DNA from: Blasia pusilla
Taxonomy: Eukaryota
Assembly (NCBI GenBank): GCA_050084515.1
Contig: CM114271.1
Coordinates: 9,486,001 to 9,550,000 of the forward strand
Length of the DNA stretch: 64,000 nt
Reading direction: 5' to 3'
Shown here: in pieces, positions 38,365 through 52,246 of the stretch
Layout: the number at the start of each line of letters is the position of its first letter
Numbering within the stretch: the first letter of the stretch is position 1
Notes under the pieces: model-generated
Seen by the model: the letters and a program-made list of their open reading frames with translations, nothing else
Database searches by the model: none
What the model was told of the DNA's origin: nothing
Position numbers and translations under genes: made by a program

Positions 38365-41300
38365 AGCGCGAAGCGTTTGCCTACCCCCTTCCTCCTGTTT
38401 CAGTCCGCATAAGGTTGGGGCTCATAATAATGGTGCACATGCATGCCATTGACTCGAGTGGGCAGGGATTCTCCTTGTAAGGTCTCTAACTGTAGGGATC
38501 CATTATCATAGATGGCCAATACCCGGTAGGGTCCCATCCAATTCAATTTTAATTTTCCGGGGAACTTCAGCCGCCGGTTATCATACAATAGCACTAAGTC
38601 TCCAACGCTGATAGATTGTGGCCGGAGATGTCAATCGTAACGTTGTTTACGTTCTTTTTGCACCTGGGCTGTCCGGCATAACGCGAGCATGGGTGCCTCT
38701 TCCAATGCGACCAAGGTCTCATTCCTGTGTTTGAGAACTTCGCCCACGGCCTCCGTTCTTGTTCCCTCCAATACCCGATAAGTGGGCAAAGCCCATTGAA
38801 TAGGTGTTAAGGGATGCACGCCATAAGTCAAGAAGAACGGGGTGTACTTTGTAGTAACCTTCTCAGCTGTTCGGTACGCCCATAATGCCGCGGAAATTTT
38901 CGTGTCCCAATCATAGGAATATGTTACCGTCAATCGATTCAATATTCGGCAAATAAGGCCGTTAGATTTTTCCGTCAACCTGTTGGCTTTAGGGTTGTAG
39001 GGGGTGGTTTTCCGATGCTTAATGAGAAAGTGGGAAGTGAGAGACTCAATAGTTTGGTTTAAGAATTGCGTGCCCCGGTCACTTACTAGTTCCAACGGAC
39101 AACCATACCGCGTGATAATCATCTCGTATAAAAACTTGGCCACTGCTTCACTGTCATCTTTTCGCGTGGCTACCGCTTCGACCATCTTAGTACAATAGTC
39201 AGTGGCGATAAGAATATACTTCCGCCGGGTTTGGCGAGTGGCCGGGGAGATAGGGCCCACGAAGTCAATGCCCCATTTTTCAAAAGGAGCTAGGGGCATG
39301 ATGGGGACCAAAGGCCACTGCGTAGATGCCGTGGGTCGACCTGCTCTTTGACAGGCATCACAACTCCGAATAAAATTACCTACGTCTTTGTACATAGTTG
39401 GCCACCAATAACGTGCTGCCAAAATTTTCTTAACGGTATTTTTTACTGCATAGTGTCCACCAGAATCAGCCATATGCAGGGCTCTGATGACATGGGGGAC
39501 TTCTTCTGCTTCCAAGCATCGTCGATACTCTTCATCAGCACCTAATTTGAATAGGACCCCTTGACAGATCTCATATGGTCCTATCCGATGTAAGAAAACT
39601 GCGCGTTCTTCCGCTGTCATCGGGGCAGGAAGTCGCAGAGTCATTAGAAAACACACAATATCCTCATAAAAAGAGTGGCTCAACCGATCCTCTGTTATCT
39701 GGAACAGGTCTTCATCGGGAAAGGCATCATCGACGGATTGGGTGAGGTCCGCGTTTGTCATCCTCAACCGGGAAAGAAAATCTGCATTGGTATGCACCTT
39801 GCCGGCACGGGTAACAACATCGAATGTGAATTCTTGTAGCAACAAGATCCACCGTGCAATGCGCCCTGACACGTCTGCTTTCACCATTAAGGGTCTGAGT
39901 GCAAAATGATCAACATGGAAGACAAATTCGTACCCTAATAAATAGTGTCGGAACTTTTTACACGAGAAGACCATGCCTAATGCCTCTCGTTTGGTAGTTG
40001 TATATTTCTGCTCCCCTGCTGATAGTTGCCGGCCAGCGTAGTAAATCGGAAAGTCATGTTTGCTCTCATCCAATTGGCCGAGCACTACTCCAATGGCAAA
40101 TGAGGATGTGTCCACATATACGTGGAAGGGTTTGGTCCAATCGGGGGACCGAAGTACATGAGCTTTTTGCAATGCGTCTTTTAAGGTGTCAAATGCCGCT
40201 TTGCACGCTGGTGTCCACTCCCATTCGGTGGTCTTTTTAAGTAATGAAGTAAGAGCTCCCGCTTTTACCGCATAATCTTTAATAAACCGTCGATAGTACT
40301 CGACGTGTACCAAGAATCCTCTCAATTCCCGGAGGTTGGTGGGTGGTTCCAATGCGACGATAATAACCACCTTGGCCTTGTCAACCTCAATTCCCTACAT
40401 CGACACTCTGTGTCCCAACAGAATTCCTTGTTTCATAGCAATATGCGATTTGTCCGGATGGAGGGACAAATGCACTTCGCGACAACGCGCGAGTGTTAAT
40501 TCTAACTTTTCCAGATGTTCGGCCTCTGTGCTAAAGATACAAAAATCGTCCAAAAAGATTTCAACGAACTTCCTCAAATACTCTTGGAAAATGGAGATCA
40601 TCATCCGTTGGAAAGTAGCTGGGGCATTGCATAACCCAAAGGGCATTACGCGATATGCGAACGTTCCCCAGTCCGTGGTGAACATGGTGAGGGGACGATC
40701 CTTTTCTCGTATGGATACCTGGTTATAACCCGAGTATCCGTCCAAGAAAGTATAATGCTCGTGCCCGATAAATTTATCCAAAATTCTGTCAGTGAAAGGT
40801 AGAGGATGGTGGTCTTTTAAGGTTGCAGCATTCAGTTTCCGATAATCCTGGCACACTCGGATTTTCCCCGTTTGTTTTTTAGGTACAATTACGATGGGCG
40901 ACACCCACTCGCTGCTTAACACAGGATAAATTATTCCTGCCTCGAGACGCTGGTCGATCTTGTCCTTGACTAACAATGAATACTTTGGATTCAGTCGATA
41001 CTGTTGCATTCGCACCGGGACCGCCCCCTCTTTAAGGTCAAATCGATGTTCACCATAACGCGCGGGAATGCCTGTCATTTCATCCATGGAGTATGCAAAG
41101 ACATCCAAATACTCAAACAATAGTTTTTTATACTTCATAAGTTTGGTGGGAGACAAATCTGCCGAAAGGCGTAGAGACTTGTGATCTGAAATAACGACCT
41201 GGACGTAGTCATGATCCTGAACCATGTTCTCTGTAAACTGAAATGTGCTATGACCCAGCTTCTCTTCCTCTCGGGTCAACTTCGGCCTGGGGGGTAGCGA

Positions 41301-42766
41301 CTCCTCGTCTATTTTGTAACATTCTAAATAATACACCTGGACGAGGACTCCGTAGGTGTTCTTTGGTCTTGATCTGACGTATAGCCGTCGTCCGTCGGTG
41401 GCATCTCTCCTTAGGGTGGTCGTGATTTCCACGACAGCTTGATGAGCCGCTTCGAGACCTGATCTAGCGCCTGGAACGTGAAACGTCGCCTTTTCCAATC
41501 CGTAGTCACCCTTGCACCATACAGCCAGGGTCTTCCAAGGATAGCCCGTGGTTGTCAGAGGCTGCAAGACTAAGTAGTCCAACAGAAACAACACCCCCCC
41601 GAGCAGGGTCGGGATTTGAGTGAGCTGTCCTAGGGGTCTCTTCCTGGATTGATCCGCAAACCGCAGATACTTGTTTGTGGGCTCGTACACTATATACCCT
41701 AGTGCCCGAGCTGTTTGCTTCGTCATAATGTTAATTCTGCTTCCGGAATCAATGGGGAACTTCTTAATGGTGTGGCCCTCAATTTCCACCTCCACCTTTG
41801 GGGCTCCCAAATCTTCTACTTCGATCCGGAACAGATCCACCACTGGCAGATGCTTTGCCGACTTTCTGGGTTTTTTCCGGCTTATTTTCCACTGCTGCAA
41901 ATTTTTTCCGTACACTGGGTTATCCATTAGTAATTGTAGCAGGGTTATGTTGGCCGGGGTTGACGCCAAGTCCCTCAGTAAGTCGTAAGCTTCTAGGACC
42001 AGCGGTGATGTCGCAATGGCTTGGACTGTCGGACTTGGTTTGGTCTTTGTCTTCTTTGGGGTGTGTTTCCCCTCAATTTCCTGGTCCTCACGCACTTGAG
42101 CATGAACCTGGTCCTCTACATCCTGATGGAAGTACCTCGGATGACTTCGATCAAAGGCCGGGTCCACATCGCCTTTGAGGATGGCCTTCCCGGCATGGAA
42201 GGTGTTCAAAGCTTTGGTCTTGGGCTCCCTAGCTTCGCGCGAAGACAAAGCACCCTTCCTTGCCTTTGGAATCCCCGCGGTCTAACTCTTCGACCTCGTG
42301 GTGACAGCCAGAACGGTTTCTTGGAACTCTTTGGGCCAGTCCGATGATTCCTCGTTGGCCCCTCCGGTCGAGTCTTCCTCACTGATAGTGACTCGCTTTG
42401 GTCTCGGGGACACTACTTCTTCCACTCGGACAAGTTGTACATTTACGTCATTTTTGGGCTCTGGTTGAGCCGCTGGAGTGTTGACATATTTGACCAACAA
42501 CCGCGGAACCTTGGGCTCCGGGCATTCTACGGCAGTGTGTCCGCCCTTCTTGCAGTTCCCGCATAAGGGATTGAGTCCCACTGGTCGCTTTGGGTTTGGG
42601 CAATTGTTGGCCCAATGGTCCGCTGCGCCGCAGTTATAACAACAATTTCGTTTGATGGGTGGCGTGAAGGCTGCCGCGCCCATAATCTGTCTCAGGGGTC
42701 TCTGTTTCCCGTATTCTGGAGGCACATACCGCGTGATCCAACTTCTTCCGGGGTTTGGGGGTGGCA

Positions 42767-45700
42767 TGTGAGAAAACAGAAAGTGACTAAATCACTGAAA
42801 TCTTTACAAAAACTTAGAGATACAAAGTGGCCTAGTCCGTCTGTGCGCTCACAGAAGAGCTTCGATGGAACCTGAACTGGGAGATAACTCGACATACGAG
42901 AATGAGCTACCGCTGCGGCTCCCGACTATTTGACTACTCGGGAAAACTAGGGTTTTTACCTATTTTTCTTCGTTTCTATTAATAGAAAAATCGATGGTTC
43001 CGACGTCTAAGTCAGAAACATCGATCTAGGCTTCTCCTCATACAAGGGGGCCAATCAAATCAATGGTGCTCAGAGGAGTGGATGTTGAGAATCCAATACC
43101 CCCCCCTCAATATCCATTCTCATGTGGACTACTGTCTTGGACCTATGCCAAGACCCTTCAGATGTCGATGAAGCTGATCTCCACTCAAGGCTTTCGTGAA
43201 GATGTCTGCACGGTTATCTTGTGTTGGACAACAGACTAACTTCAAAACCTCTCTCTCGATCAATTCACAAACAAAATGGTACTGGATCTCTATGTGCTTC
43301 GTACGAGCATGAAACACAGGATTATGTGCTATGGCAATGCAACTCGATTGTCACACCACATTCAAAGAGCACTTTCGGGTGCTTCTCCTATGTCCTCCAA
43401 GATCCATCTCAACCATCTTGCTTCACAAGAAGCATAACAAGCCGCCTTGTACTCGCCTCGGTAGAAGGAAGAGCCACTTGAGGTTGCTTCTTGCTGACCC
43501 ATGACACCACACCGATCCTACCAAGAAGCAATAACCGAAATTGATCTTGAGAATCTGAATCTCACGCCTTGTCGAGTCACAAAAACTTGTCATTTCCGTC
43601 CCCTGCTCCATAGGTGATGCCGCACTCGATAGTGCCTTTGATGTACTTCAACACACGCATCCTCGCCTTCCAATGGTTCTCACAAGGCTTAGTTGAGAAC
43701 CTACTCAATACTCCCACAAATGAAGCTAATGTCTATCTCTTGTTACACAAAAATATCAAACTACCTACAAGCTTTCAGACATCTTTTCATCTACCAATGG
43801 TGAAACATCCTCCATCGAGAGTTTCAACTCTACCTCCATTGACGAGACCACTGACTTACACTCGGTCATCCCGAATGCCTTCAAGATTTCTCTAGCATAC
43901 TTCTGCTGAGAGAGAAAAATAGAATCTGATTGTTGCCAAATTTCGATCCTATAAAGTAGTGAGAAGACCTAAATCGACATTTCAAACTCAGATTCCAACA
44001 CTCCCTTCATTTCCTCTATTTTCTTAATGTGGTCTCTGTGATGATCAGATCATCCACATACAAGACTATCAACATATACATCCCATCTTCATAAAAACAC
44101 ATACAAATTTGCTTCTGAAGGACTCTTCATGAGACCCTTCTCTCGAAAGAATGTATCTATTCGTTGATACCATATCCTTGGGGCTTGCTTCAACCCATAC
44201 AATGCTCGATGAAGTAAACAAACTTTCTCTTCTGATCCGGGTGTCTCAAAACCTGGTGGTTGAGAAACATATACCTCCTCCTTGAGACTCCCGTTCAGAA
44301 AAGCAGACTTCACATCGATTGGTATCTGAGGCCAACGTCTTGTTCCTCGCAACCGCTAGAACAATTCGAATGGTTGTCATCCTTGCAGTGGGAGCAAAAG
44401 TCTCATAGTAGTCAAAGCCTTTGATTTGTGAGCATCCTTGTGCGACCAACCTCGCTTTGAATTTATCCAATGTACCGTCCGACTTGTACTTGGTCTTGTA
44501 CACCCACTTGGTGCGTATTATCTTCCTGTCCTCTGGCTTTTCAACCAAAGTCCAAGTTTCATTCCTCTGAATAGCGTCCATCTCCGTCTGCATGGCCTCT
44601 CTCCATTGAGGATGAGCGAGGGCCTCATCCAAGCATGATGGCTCTTCCACCTTCAAGACCTCTGTCATCAGGGCCATGTTGACGAGATGTGCGGAAGCTC
44701 TATTCTGCTCCTCTAGTCTCTTGGATCTCCTTGGATGTGTAACAACTTCATCAGTTGCTGGTGGATCCTTACCATCCAAGAGCTGCTTTATCCACTTAGG
44801 GTGTGTCGACCGTAGTGGAAGAGCAGGTTGCTCTTTGTAATCATCACCAAAATCTTCTTCTTGATGATCTGGTGTAAACATCTGTGGTGTGCTCTGGTGG
44901 GTTATCTCTTCGTTTGATGATAATGTGGACGGACCACTGATATCTGCCACTTGACGAGGCTGTTCCTGGAACACCACGTCACGACTCACAAGCATCTTCT
45001 TTTCCCCAGGACACCAAAGGCGATAAGCTTTAGACTCATCACTGTATCCCATAAAGATGCACTTCCTGCTCTTGGACTCCAACTTGGTCCTCGATGTTTC
45101 AGGAATATGTACAAAACACTTACTACCAAAAATCCTGAAATGTTGGACTGATGGTACCTTATCTGAGTATGATTGATGAGGAGTCATGCCTTGTACTGAC
45201 TTGGTAGCACTTCTATTTAGAATGTATACTGGCAAGAGATAATGACTTCAACCCAAAAGCCTTCTGTCAAACCTTTTGCTTTCATCATACATCTTGCCAT
45301 CTCCACCACTGTACAATTTCGACGCTCAACAACTTGTGGTGTATGTGCCGTGGTTAACTGTCGCTTGATTCCATGCTCTCCCAAATATTTGTTGAATTTT
45401 GTTGATAAGAATTCTCCTCCTCGATCGGTGCGAAGCTTTTGTACCTTCTTTCCTGTCTCATTCTCAACCAGCTTGTGCCATACTTTAAATTTTCCAATAG
45501 CACTTGCCTTATCACGAAGGAAATACACCCACATCTTCCTACTATAATCGTCGACAACTAAAAAGAAGTAGGAAGAACCACCTAATGCCACCGTTCTCAT
45601 TTTACCACAGAGGTCAGCATGTATCAACTCTAGAGGAGCCTTTGCCCTATTGATGGACTCTTGTGGAAATGGTTGTCGGTGTTGCTTGCCCATCATACAA

Positions 45701-47661
45701 GCTTCACAAGTATCCGACACTCCTGAAATTGTTGGTAAATCAGCAACCATGCCAGATTTCTGCATCTGACTTAGTAAGGGAAAGCTTAAGTGACCAAATC
45801 TTTCATGCCACAACTTACTGCTACTAAGATCTGTACCTACACTTGTCGTGAAAGCATACAACTCGTAGATATTTCCACGTCGTATACCTTCATCCAATAC
45901 TTTCCCATTGGCATCCTCAATGATTGCTCAAGTTTTCTTGAAACGAACTTCTAGGTCACGATCACATAATACTGCCACTGAAATCAAATTTCGCTTCAAC
46001 TCTGGTACGTACACTACATCACTTAACTTCTTTTCATCTCCTTTTTGTGAGACTAAAGAAATTATGCCTTTCCCTTCTACAGGGCACTTTGCATTATTCC
46101 CAACAAGAATAAACGATGGGCTCTGTAGATTTGTGAGGAGCTATACCAATCCTTATGATTGGTCATATGCCTAGATGCTCCACTATCGAGCACCCATGCA
46201 TCTTCACTCTTTGTCTTAGTGGTATGTTCGCCTGTGCGAGTAACTCTTCTATTGCTACCCAAGCATCTACTTCATGTTCTCCCGGTTCTCTGAATTTCGG
46301 ACTCCTTCTTAGGTCTTAAACAACCGTTCTTCTCATCCTCGACTTCTCTTCCTACAATCTTTGATAAGATGACCTAGCTTACCACAATAAAAGCATTTGA
46401 AGGCTTTTCTTGGAAATTTCTTCTTGACATTTGAACTGTAATCCTGATTTCTACCTCTCTGTACGTTGGCAATAAATGCTGCGTCACTTCCCTCTCTTGC
46501 TTTGAAGCGCATTTCCTCTTCTACCAACATTGCACTAAGTTGTTCAAAAGTAAGCGGCGTGGGTCTTACTTGAGTATTCAAAGTCTGATGACAAACTGTC
46601 ATACCTTGGAGGCAAAATCCTTATGCACCGGCGTGCCAAATCTTCGCTAGACTTTGAAATTCCCACGGATGCCATCTGATCTTGAAGATTCTTGATCCTT
46701 GTCAAAAATTGCTCCGCCCTTTCTCCTTCTGAAAATTTCTCGGACGTAAGCTGATTCTCCAGATTCTGAATCCGAGTCTCATTACTCGTTTCATACTGAT
46801 TCTTCAAAATGTTCCACGCCTCAGCAGCAGTGGTTGTATGTTGAATGAGAGTCATGACAGAATCAGTTACATTCGTGACAATCGCATATAGAGCATCAGC
46901 GTTTCTGCGTCTCCATGCCAATAATACAACAAGATTGATATCCCCAGATGAAGATGAACTTGCAAAACTCAAACTAGCTTGTGGATTTGAATCGACCCCT
47001 GTGGCCGTTTCCCAGATCTCAAATGATTCGAGAACAGTTCTCATTTTGAACTTCCACAACGTATAGTTAGACCCATCTAACTTCCCTTCACCCAGCGGAG
47101 GAGGGCGAGCACGAACTGACGAAGAAGTAGCCATCTCTCAAGATTTTGTGCAAACACACTAGATTGCCAGATACAAAATACTTGAAAAACCTACTGCTCT
47201 GATACCATGTGAGAAAACAGAAAGTGACTAAATCACTGAAATCTTTACAAAAACTTAGAGATACATAGTGGCCTAGTCCGTCCGTGCGCTCACAGAAGAG
47301 CTTCGATGGAACCTGAACTGGGAGATAACTCGACATACGAGAATGCGCTACCGCTGCGGCTCCCGACTATTTGACTACTCGAGAAAACTAGGGTTTTTAC
47401 CTATTTTTCTTTGTTTCTATTAATAGAAATTTTTTTTCCGGGGGCTGCGCCCCCGGACCCCCGCGATGCATTAGGGTGCCCCAAACCCTGATGCAATATA
47501 GGGTTAGATAAACCTAGTAACGCTACTCCGTAAACCACCTACGTCTTATTACTATGACTCCTTCGACGTCTAAGTCGGAACCATCGATCTAGGCTTCTCC
47601 TCATACAAGGGGGCCGATCAAATCAATGGTGCTTAGAGGAGTGGATGTTGAGAATCCAATA
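42767..47661 (-). mobile_element. Copia LTR retrotransposon inserted in G2 gag
   Basis: TSD TGGCA at 42762-42766 and 47662-47666. LTRs 42767-43098 and 47208-47661. tRNA-iMet PBS TGGTATCAGAGC at 47196-47207. PPT (G-run) at 43099-43109. Confidence 0.95.
43129..47134 (-). pseudogene. Copia gag-pol (order gag, PR, INT, RT, RH), frameshifted
   Basis: LDGSNYTLWK, CFYCGKLGHLIKDC, WVLDSGASRHM, LWHERFGHL, LRTDRGGEF, KARLVAQG, YGLKQAPRIW, YVDD, ADIFTKAL. Confidence 0.93.
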
Positions 47662-49223
47662 TGGCACAGCTTGGACGGCATAGCACCCTTCCCACTGTTC
47701 AGGTTCATACCACCCTTCTTCAATAGCGGCCTCTTCTTGGATCCACCGTAGATCCTTCTAAGTGGGGCATTCCTGTACAGTATGCCCTTGGGTTCCGCAA
47801 CTACTACACCAAATGTTGGGCCTCATCAGACTGGGTCGTCTTCTGGGGTCCTTCTGGGCCTCCAGATGTACCTTCAACTCAGCCATTTGTTTACTGAGTT
47901 CTTCCATGGCCGACTTGCCGGCCTTCGTTGCCGTCCCTCTCACTGGACTTTCCGACCGCTAGGGACGGTGCTTGGTGCTTGGTCGGGTTTTGTTCTGGTG
48001 CTTGGGGGAGTGACGATGTCTTCTTTTCCTTTTCCTTTTAGCTTTCAACTCCTGCTCCGAGTCCGAGGACTCCGACGTATCCTCCGTAGAGGATTCCGTG
48101 TCTGTGGAGGACGCTTCGTCTTCAGACGAAGCACTAGTCTACGACGCCCCTCTTCATTGGTGACGTCGTCTTCGTGTTCTGCGGGATTTCTCTGAGGCTT
48201 CGTATGCCTCAGCGGAGGCTATGATTGCCTCCAAGGAATTCCGTTGGCCTCTCCGGCAGTACCGGTCCATTTCTTTGTGCAGTCCGGACACGAACCAATC
48301 TACCAATTGGGAGGTAGTCGTGTGCTCCAGCTTATTCACCAGGCTCCGAAACCTTTGAGTATATTCCCGGAGGGTCTCCTTCTTTTTCCGTTTAGGTCGC
48401 GAAGCTTCGTAAGAAGCCTGTCCTTGAACTCCAGGTCGCAGAACTCGTGTAGGAAGGATTCCAAGACCCCTTTCCAGGTTTCCGTGACGTCCGCTCCGAG
48501 ACCCTCGTACCACTGGCTTGCTCGCTTCTTGAGCAGGCTAGGAAAGACTCCTAACAAATCCTCCTCTGCACCTTCCCCATTGGCTTTCGCGACATGGGTG
48601 AATTCAAGCACAAAGTTATCCAAATTGTCTCGCCGTCCCCCAGCAAAGGTGGGGTACCTTAGCAGATTTTTTCTAGTATTGGCCATGGGAACCGCTCTCC
48701 TGCTGGCTCCCGGGCTTGATGCTCAAGAGGGAGGAGGTAACGGCTCCGTTCGAGGTGATCTGGTCGGCTCCGCGCTCCCTGACTTCCCAAAGGGGTCCCA
48801 GGACGACTCTTCATCCAATTGCGAACAGGCAGGGGACGTAGTGGAGACTTTGTCCCTATCTTTCTTCTTGCTCTTCGGCTTCGGACGAGGACGAAGACCG
48901 GGAGATGACACAGGCGGTCTCCAAGCCAGTTGCTCTTCCTACTGCTTACTGCGCCAATCGGCTTGCTGCTCTCGCGAAGAGGGCCGAGAGCCTTCCATAA
49001 GTCTCTTGTGGGATTTCGCAACTTGCGTTCACCCCCACGGTTGCGACAGGGTAAGGGTCCATGGAGGGAGGTTAACTATTTCTTCTTTCTACACCTACAG
49101 GAGTGTGTCTGGTGCTCCTAATCTTCCTGCCAGGTTTTCCTCCCATAAACAGAAGTACCGGGTCATCACCAAGTACAACTGTCCTTCACGGGCGAAGCAC
49201 CGTTCGGCGACTGGTTCTTTGAC

Positions 49224-50053
49224 ATACAACTCCATGTTGATTATTCCATTGATGAGAAAGGTTTGTCTGATTTCACTCTTCACGCTGCAGACCCAAAAAG
49301 ACTATCCAAGCGTAAGCATCGCACATCAGAATGAATGAATGAGTGGTTTATTATTCCATCAAGAATTGGAAGACTTCAAAGTGTATACAAGCTCAAGAGG
49401 GTACTACTCTCTTGCTCGGACCATTCCTACAGCATAAGGACTTCATAAGCGAATGATGATTGTAGCTTCTGTCATACTTCTTAAATATTCTCTGAAGTAG
49501 GTGCGTTTCTAAGATCCGAAGCGTTCTTGATGAAGTAGATGTCTCTTCAATATTTGTAACTACCTAGATCTATGGTGTGCTTTCCTTTTCCTATGATCCC
49601 TATGAATCCGCGGTACAAAACTGTTCTAACTACCAATTTGATACAAAGGGTCGCGCCCTTTCCTGGTCTAATTGTTTTTACTATGTGCCGGTTCAAATCA
49701 CAATCATACTGAGCTTCGCTGCGCTGAATTTCTTGAGGATGAAGCTCTTCATTCTTCGTTTTCTTTTCAGGTGCTTTGTGCTTCGTGCTTTGTTATAGAG
49801 CGAAGTACTTCGTGTACAGAGCTTCGTTAAGCTTCGCGTTGGTCCTTTAGACTTCGTTACTGCATTTGCTTCTCCTCTAAGGCAAATCCTTGATCTTCCA
49901 TCTCTCTACCTTGTCCTAGGAGCTTCGTGATTCACTTTAATCTTACTCTTTCTTCTCCATAATAGTATTTAATAATCAAAACCATAATGTACAAGAGTCT
50001 TTGTAAAATAAAAAGATAAATTTATTCCGAAGTACAAAATTGTGGGTATTACA
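49224..50053 (-). repeat. G2 5' LTR, truncated (a deletion removed its 3' part, the PBS and part of the leader)
   Basis: Matches ~35392-36221 and joins directly to leader sequence GTCAAAGAACCAG at ~49224. Confidence 0.88.
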
Positions 50054-50071
50054 AAACTCTTGTACATTACA

Positions 50072-52129
50072 CCTAGCTAGCATATCTGCCAACTTCACTG
50101 CTGCAGCATGCCATGACTCAATGGGGGACGTCCCGAGCACTTGCCTAGAGGGTGGGTCCACCACCTCCTTAACTACCTCTGAGCAAGAGGCAGTCACCTC
50201 TCCACGCTCACACAACGTGACAGCCAACCGCAACACCTCCGTTGGTCAAACTCCGATCGTCGCCAGCTCCATGGCAGAAAAAAAAGGAACCAAGTTCACC
50301 CTAGTGGCCACCTCCAACAATGTGGTTGACACTAGCTCCACACGAGCCGGCATAGGACTAGTCTCTCCAACTCCTCATGACGTCGATGCACCTGGCTCAC
50401 CTGTGGGCATTATTGGTCATCGAGGCACCATTGATAGTGTATGAAGTGCCTCCGACAACGTGAACGACTAGGGAACCCTGGTGTGCCGCCCATTGGTCCC
50501 CTCCTGTGGGTCAAGCTCAACCTTGCCTTTTGATGGCTCGGTTACCCTCGCAATACCCCGAGTCACCACTACATCAACCTCAACCTAAGCCGCACTACAC
50601 TTAAATCCCATACCATAGGAATCCTCACCTGTATCGTGGTGAGATCTGGAGGTTGGAGCCACACTAGCTACTCTCTACTCCCTGCCTGCCCTTAGTTGCA
50701 TCATCATCATGGCAAAAATCCTCTGCTCCAACTGATCAATGTGAGTAAAGAGCGCTTCATCGGATGCACATCCTCCATCTCCTGTGACTAGTGGTGGCAC
50801 CCTACCACCACGATCATCTACTACTCGATCTTCTCCAACTGTCTTGCCCCCAGGTCCTTTTCCTACCTCTCGCCGTACCTCACGGAGAAGATCAAAACAC
50901 TATCCCTAGTGTGACCATATCGATGACAATGATCGCACTACAATTGTGGTGGGTCCATCCTAGGTAGCTCCTGAGCAATCAGAGGTGCCCTTGGCCTTCT
51001 ATCATGTTGTGGGCAATCACTTTACTAATGTGGCCCACCACATGTCCAACAAGCCAACCTTGGTCCCTGCTGGTTAACATATGTCGGTATGGGTCGTTGC
51101 CTCTCTGGCTCACGATATCCGCCATGCTCTCTAGGCCCGCTGACCCACTCCCGTGGTAGTGGTGCATGTTGGGGCACCTATGGGTATACTCCTACTTGTG
51201 GACCCCTCAAATATCTAGAACATCCAATGGTCACCCCTTGAAATCTTGAAGATCGACTTTTCATCTTGTTGGTCCGTACACCTTGGTAGCTCCTCTCCAA
51301 CTGTCAGAAGACCTCCACTGTAGGATTTAAATTGGATGGCTCTCTACCACCAAAGGTCTCTACTACCTCTCCAACTTCACTACCATCCTCTTCATCTAGT
51401 CCCCGGGCTAATGGTGTAGGCCTCTCCGCCCTCACTATCCCATTATATGCCTTGCGACCACTAGTGGACACATGCCTTGGAGCCCAATACATCCTCCAAG
51501 CATCAATCTATAATGAGTGTAAGGATTGGAAATCCATGTAATCATCCATCAAAGGACCCTCTAGATGGTGGAACAAACCCTTCCATGCCATGAAAGGGTT
51601 GAATCGCATAGGGGCCCGTATCTCCTGGAAATCGCACCATGTGTCAAACTCCTAGATGAAGTCATCAAGATCTATGATGCCTACCACACTTGAGAAATGA
51701 CGCATGCCCATTGACCCATGTCATCCATCTCTCCCCATGTAAGACAGCCTCCTTTTGCGATCTCGTCACCAGACCCGTTGTTTAGTTAAGACGATCCAGC
51801 CACGGATGGAAGTTGGGGTGGTTCCTCACTAGAAATACCTCGATACGTGACGCCACTCTGTGTCACACCACTAATATTGCTCATAATACCCTATTCTTTT
51901 GAACTCTGGAAGAACGCGGTGATGAAAATCCTCCCTCGCCGGCTCAAGCACTCCGACTCACCGAGAGTCTCCCACACTCCTCACTAGCTCACCTACGCTA
52001 ATGCTAATCCTGTAACAACACGCCCGCCCACATGCACACTTGACACTCAAGCTTACCATGAGCCTCCCAAACTAACTCACCTAAATTACTAACACTCTGT
52101 CTCTCAGTTCATACACGTGACCCCTACTC
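50072..52129 (-). mobile_element. Old Gypsy G3, upstream part (gag remnant and probable leader/LTR)
   Basis: Minus-strand reading DLDDFI*EFDTWCDFQEIR..FNPFMAWKGLFHHLEGPLMDDY is gag-like. ...KLADMLAR joins in frame to LVIQQAMITSG at 28574. Confidence 0.6.
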
Positions 52130-52246
52130 GAGGTGCGGTAAGAGGAGAGGAAGAGAGGAAGAGAGGAGAGAGGAGAGAAAGGAAACTACCTTCAACCGAA
52201 ATAGATACTTTTTTTTGAAGAGAGTTTCCGTTGAGTTGAAGAGAGA

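Larger units (their letters stand above)
38400..49062 (-). pseudogene. G2 gag-pol (three CCHC knuckles, protease, RT, RNase H, integrase), split by Copia
   Basis: CSSCGTQGHTVQEC, CYNCGAADHWANNC, CGNCKKGGHTAVEC; PIDSGS; FLDDF; ADFLSR; WGIDFVGP, LVSDRGTQF, WMGPY. Confidence 0.92.
35054..50053 (-). mobile_element. Gypsy LTR retrotransposon G2 (same family as G1) with nested Copia
   Basis: TSD AAACT at 35049-35053 and 50054-50058. Two LTRs with about 8 mismatches over ~310 bases compared by eye; gag-pol, extra ORF and PPT. Confidence 0.92.
28580..50071 (+). mobile_element. Gypsy LTR retrotransposon G1 (non-chromovirus type); 3' part deleted; hosts G2
   Basis: TSD CCTAG at 28575-28579 and 50072-50076. 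5' LTR, PBS and gag-pol run to 35012. Only the final bases of the 3' LTR remain. Confidence 0.85.

Noticed and set aside
40395-42248. Intact 617-aa pol ORF
   Set aside because: The middle section reads out of frame relative to G1 (compensating frameshifts) and both ends are frameshifted; G2 is not coding-competent.
48244-49338. 364-aa plus-strand ORF
   Set aside because: Antisense shadow of the G2 gag and leader, running across a deletion junction into the LTR.
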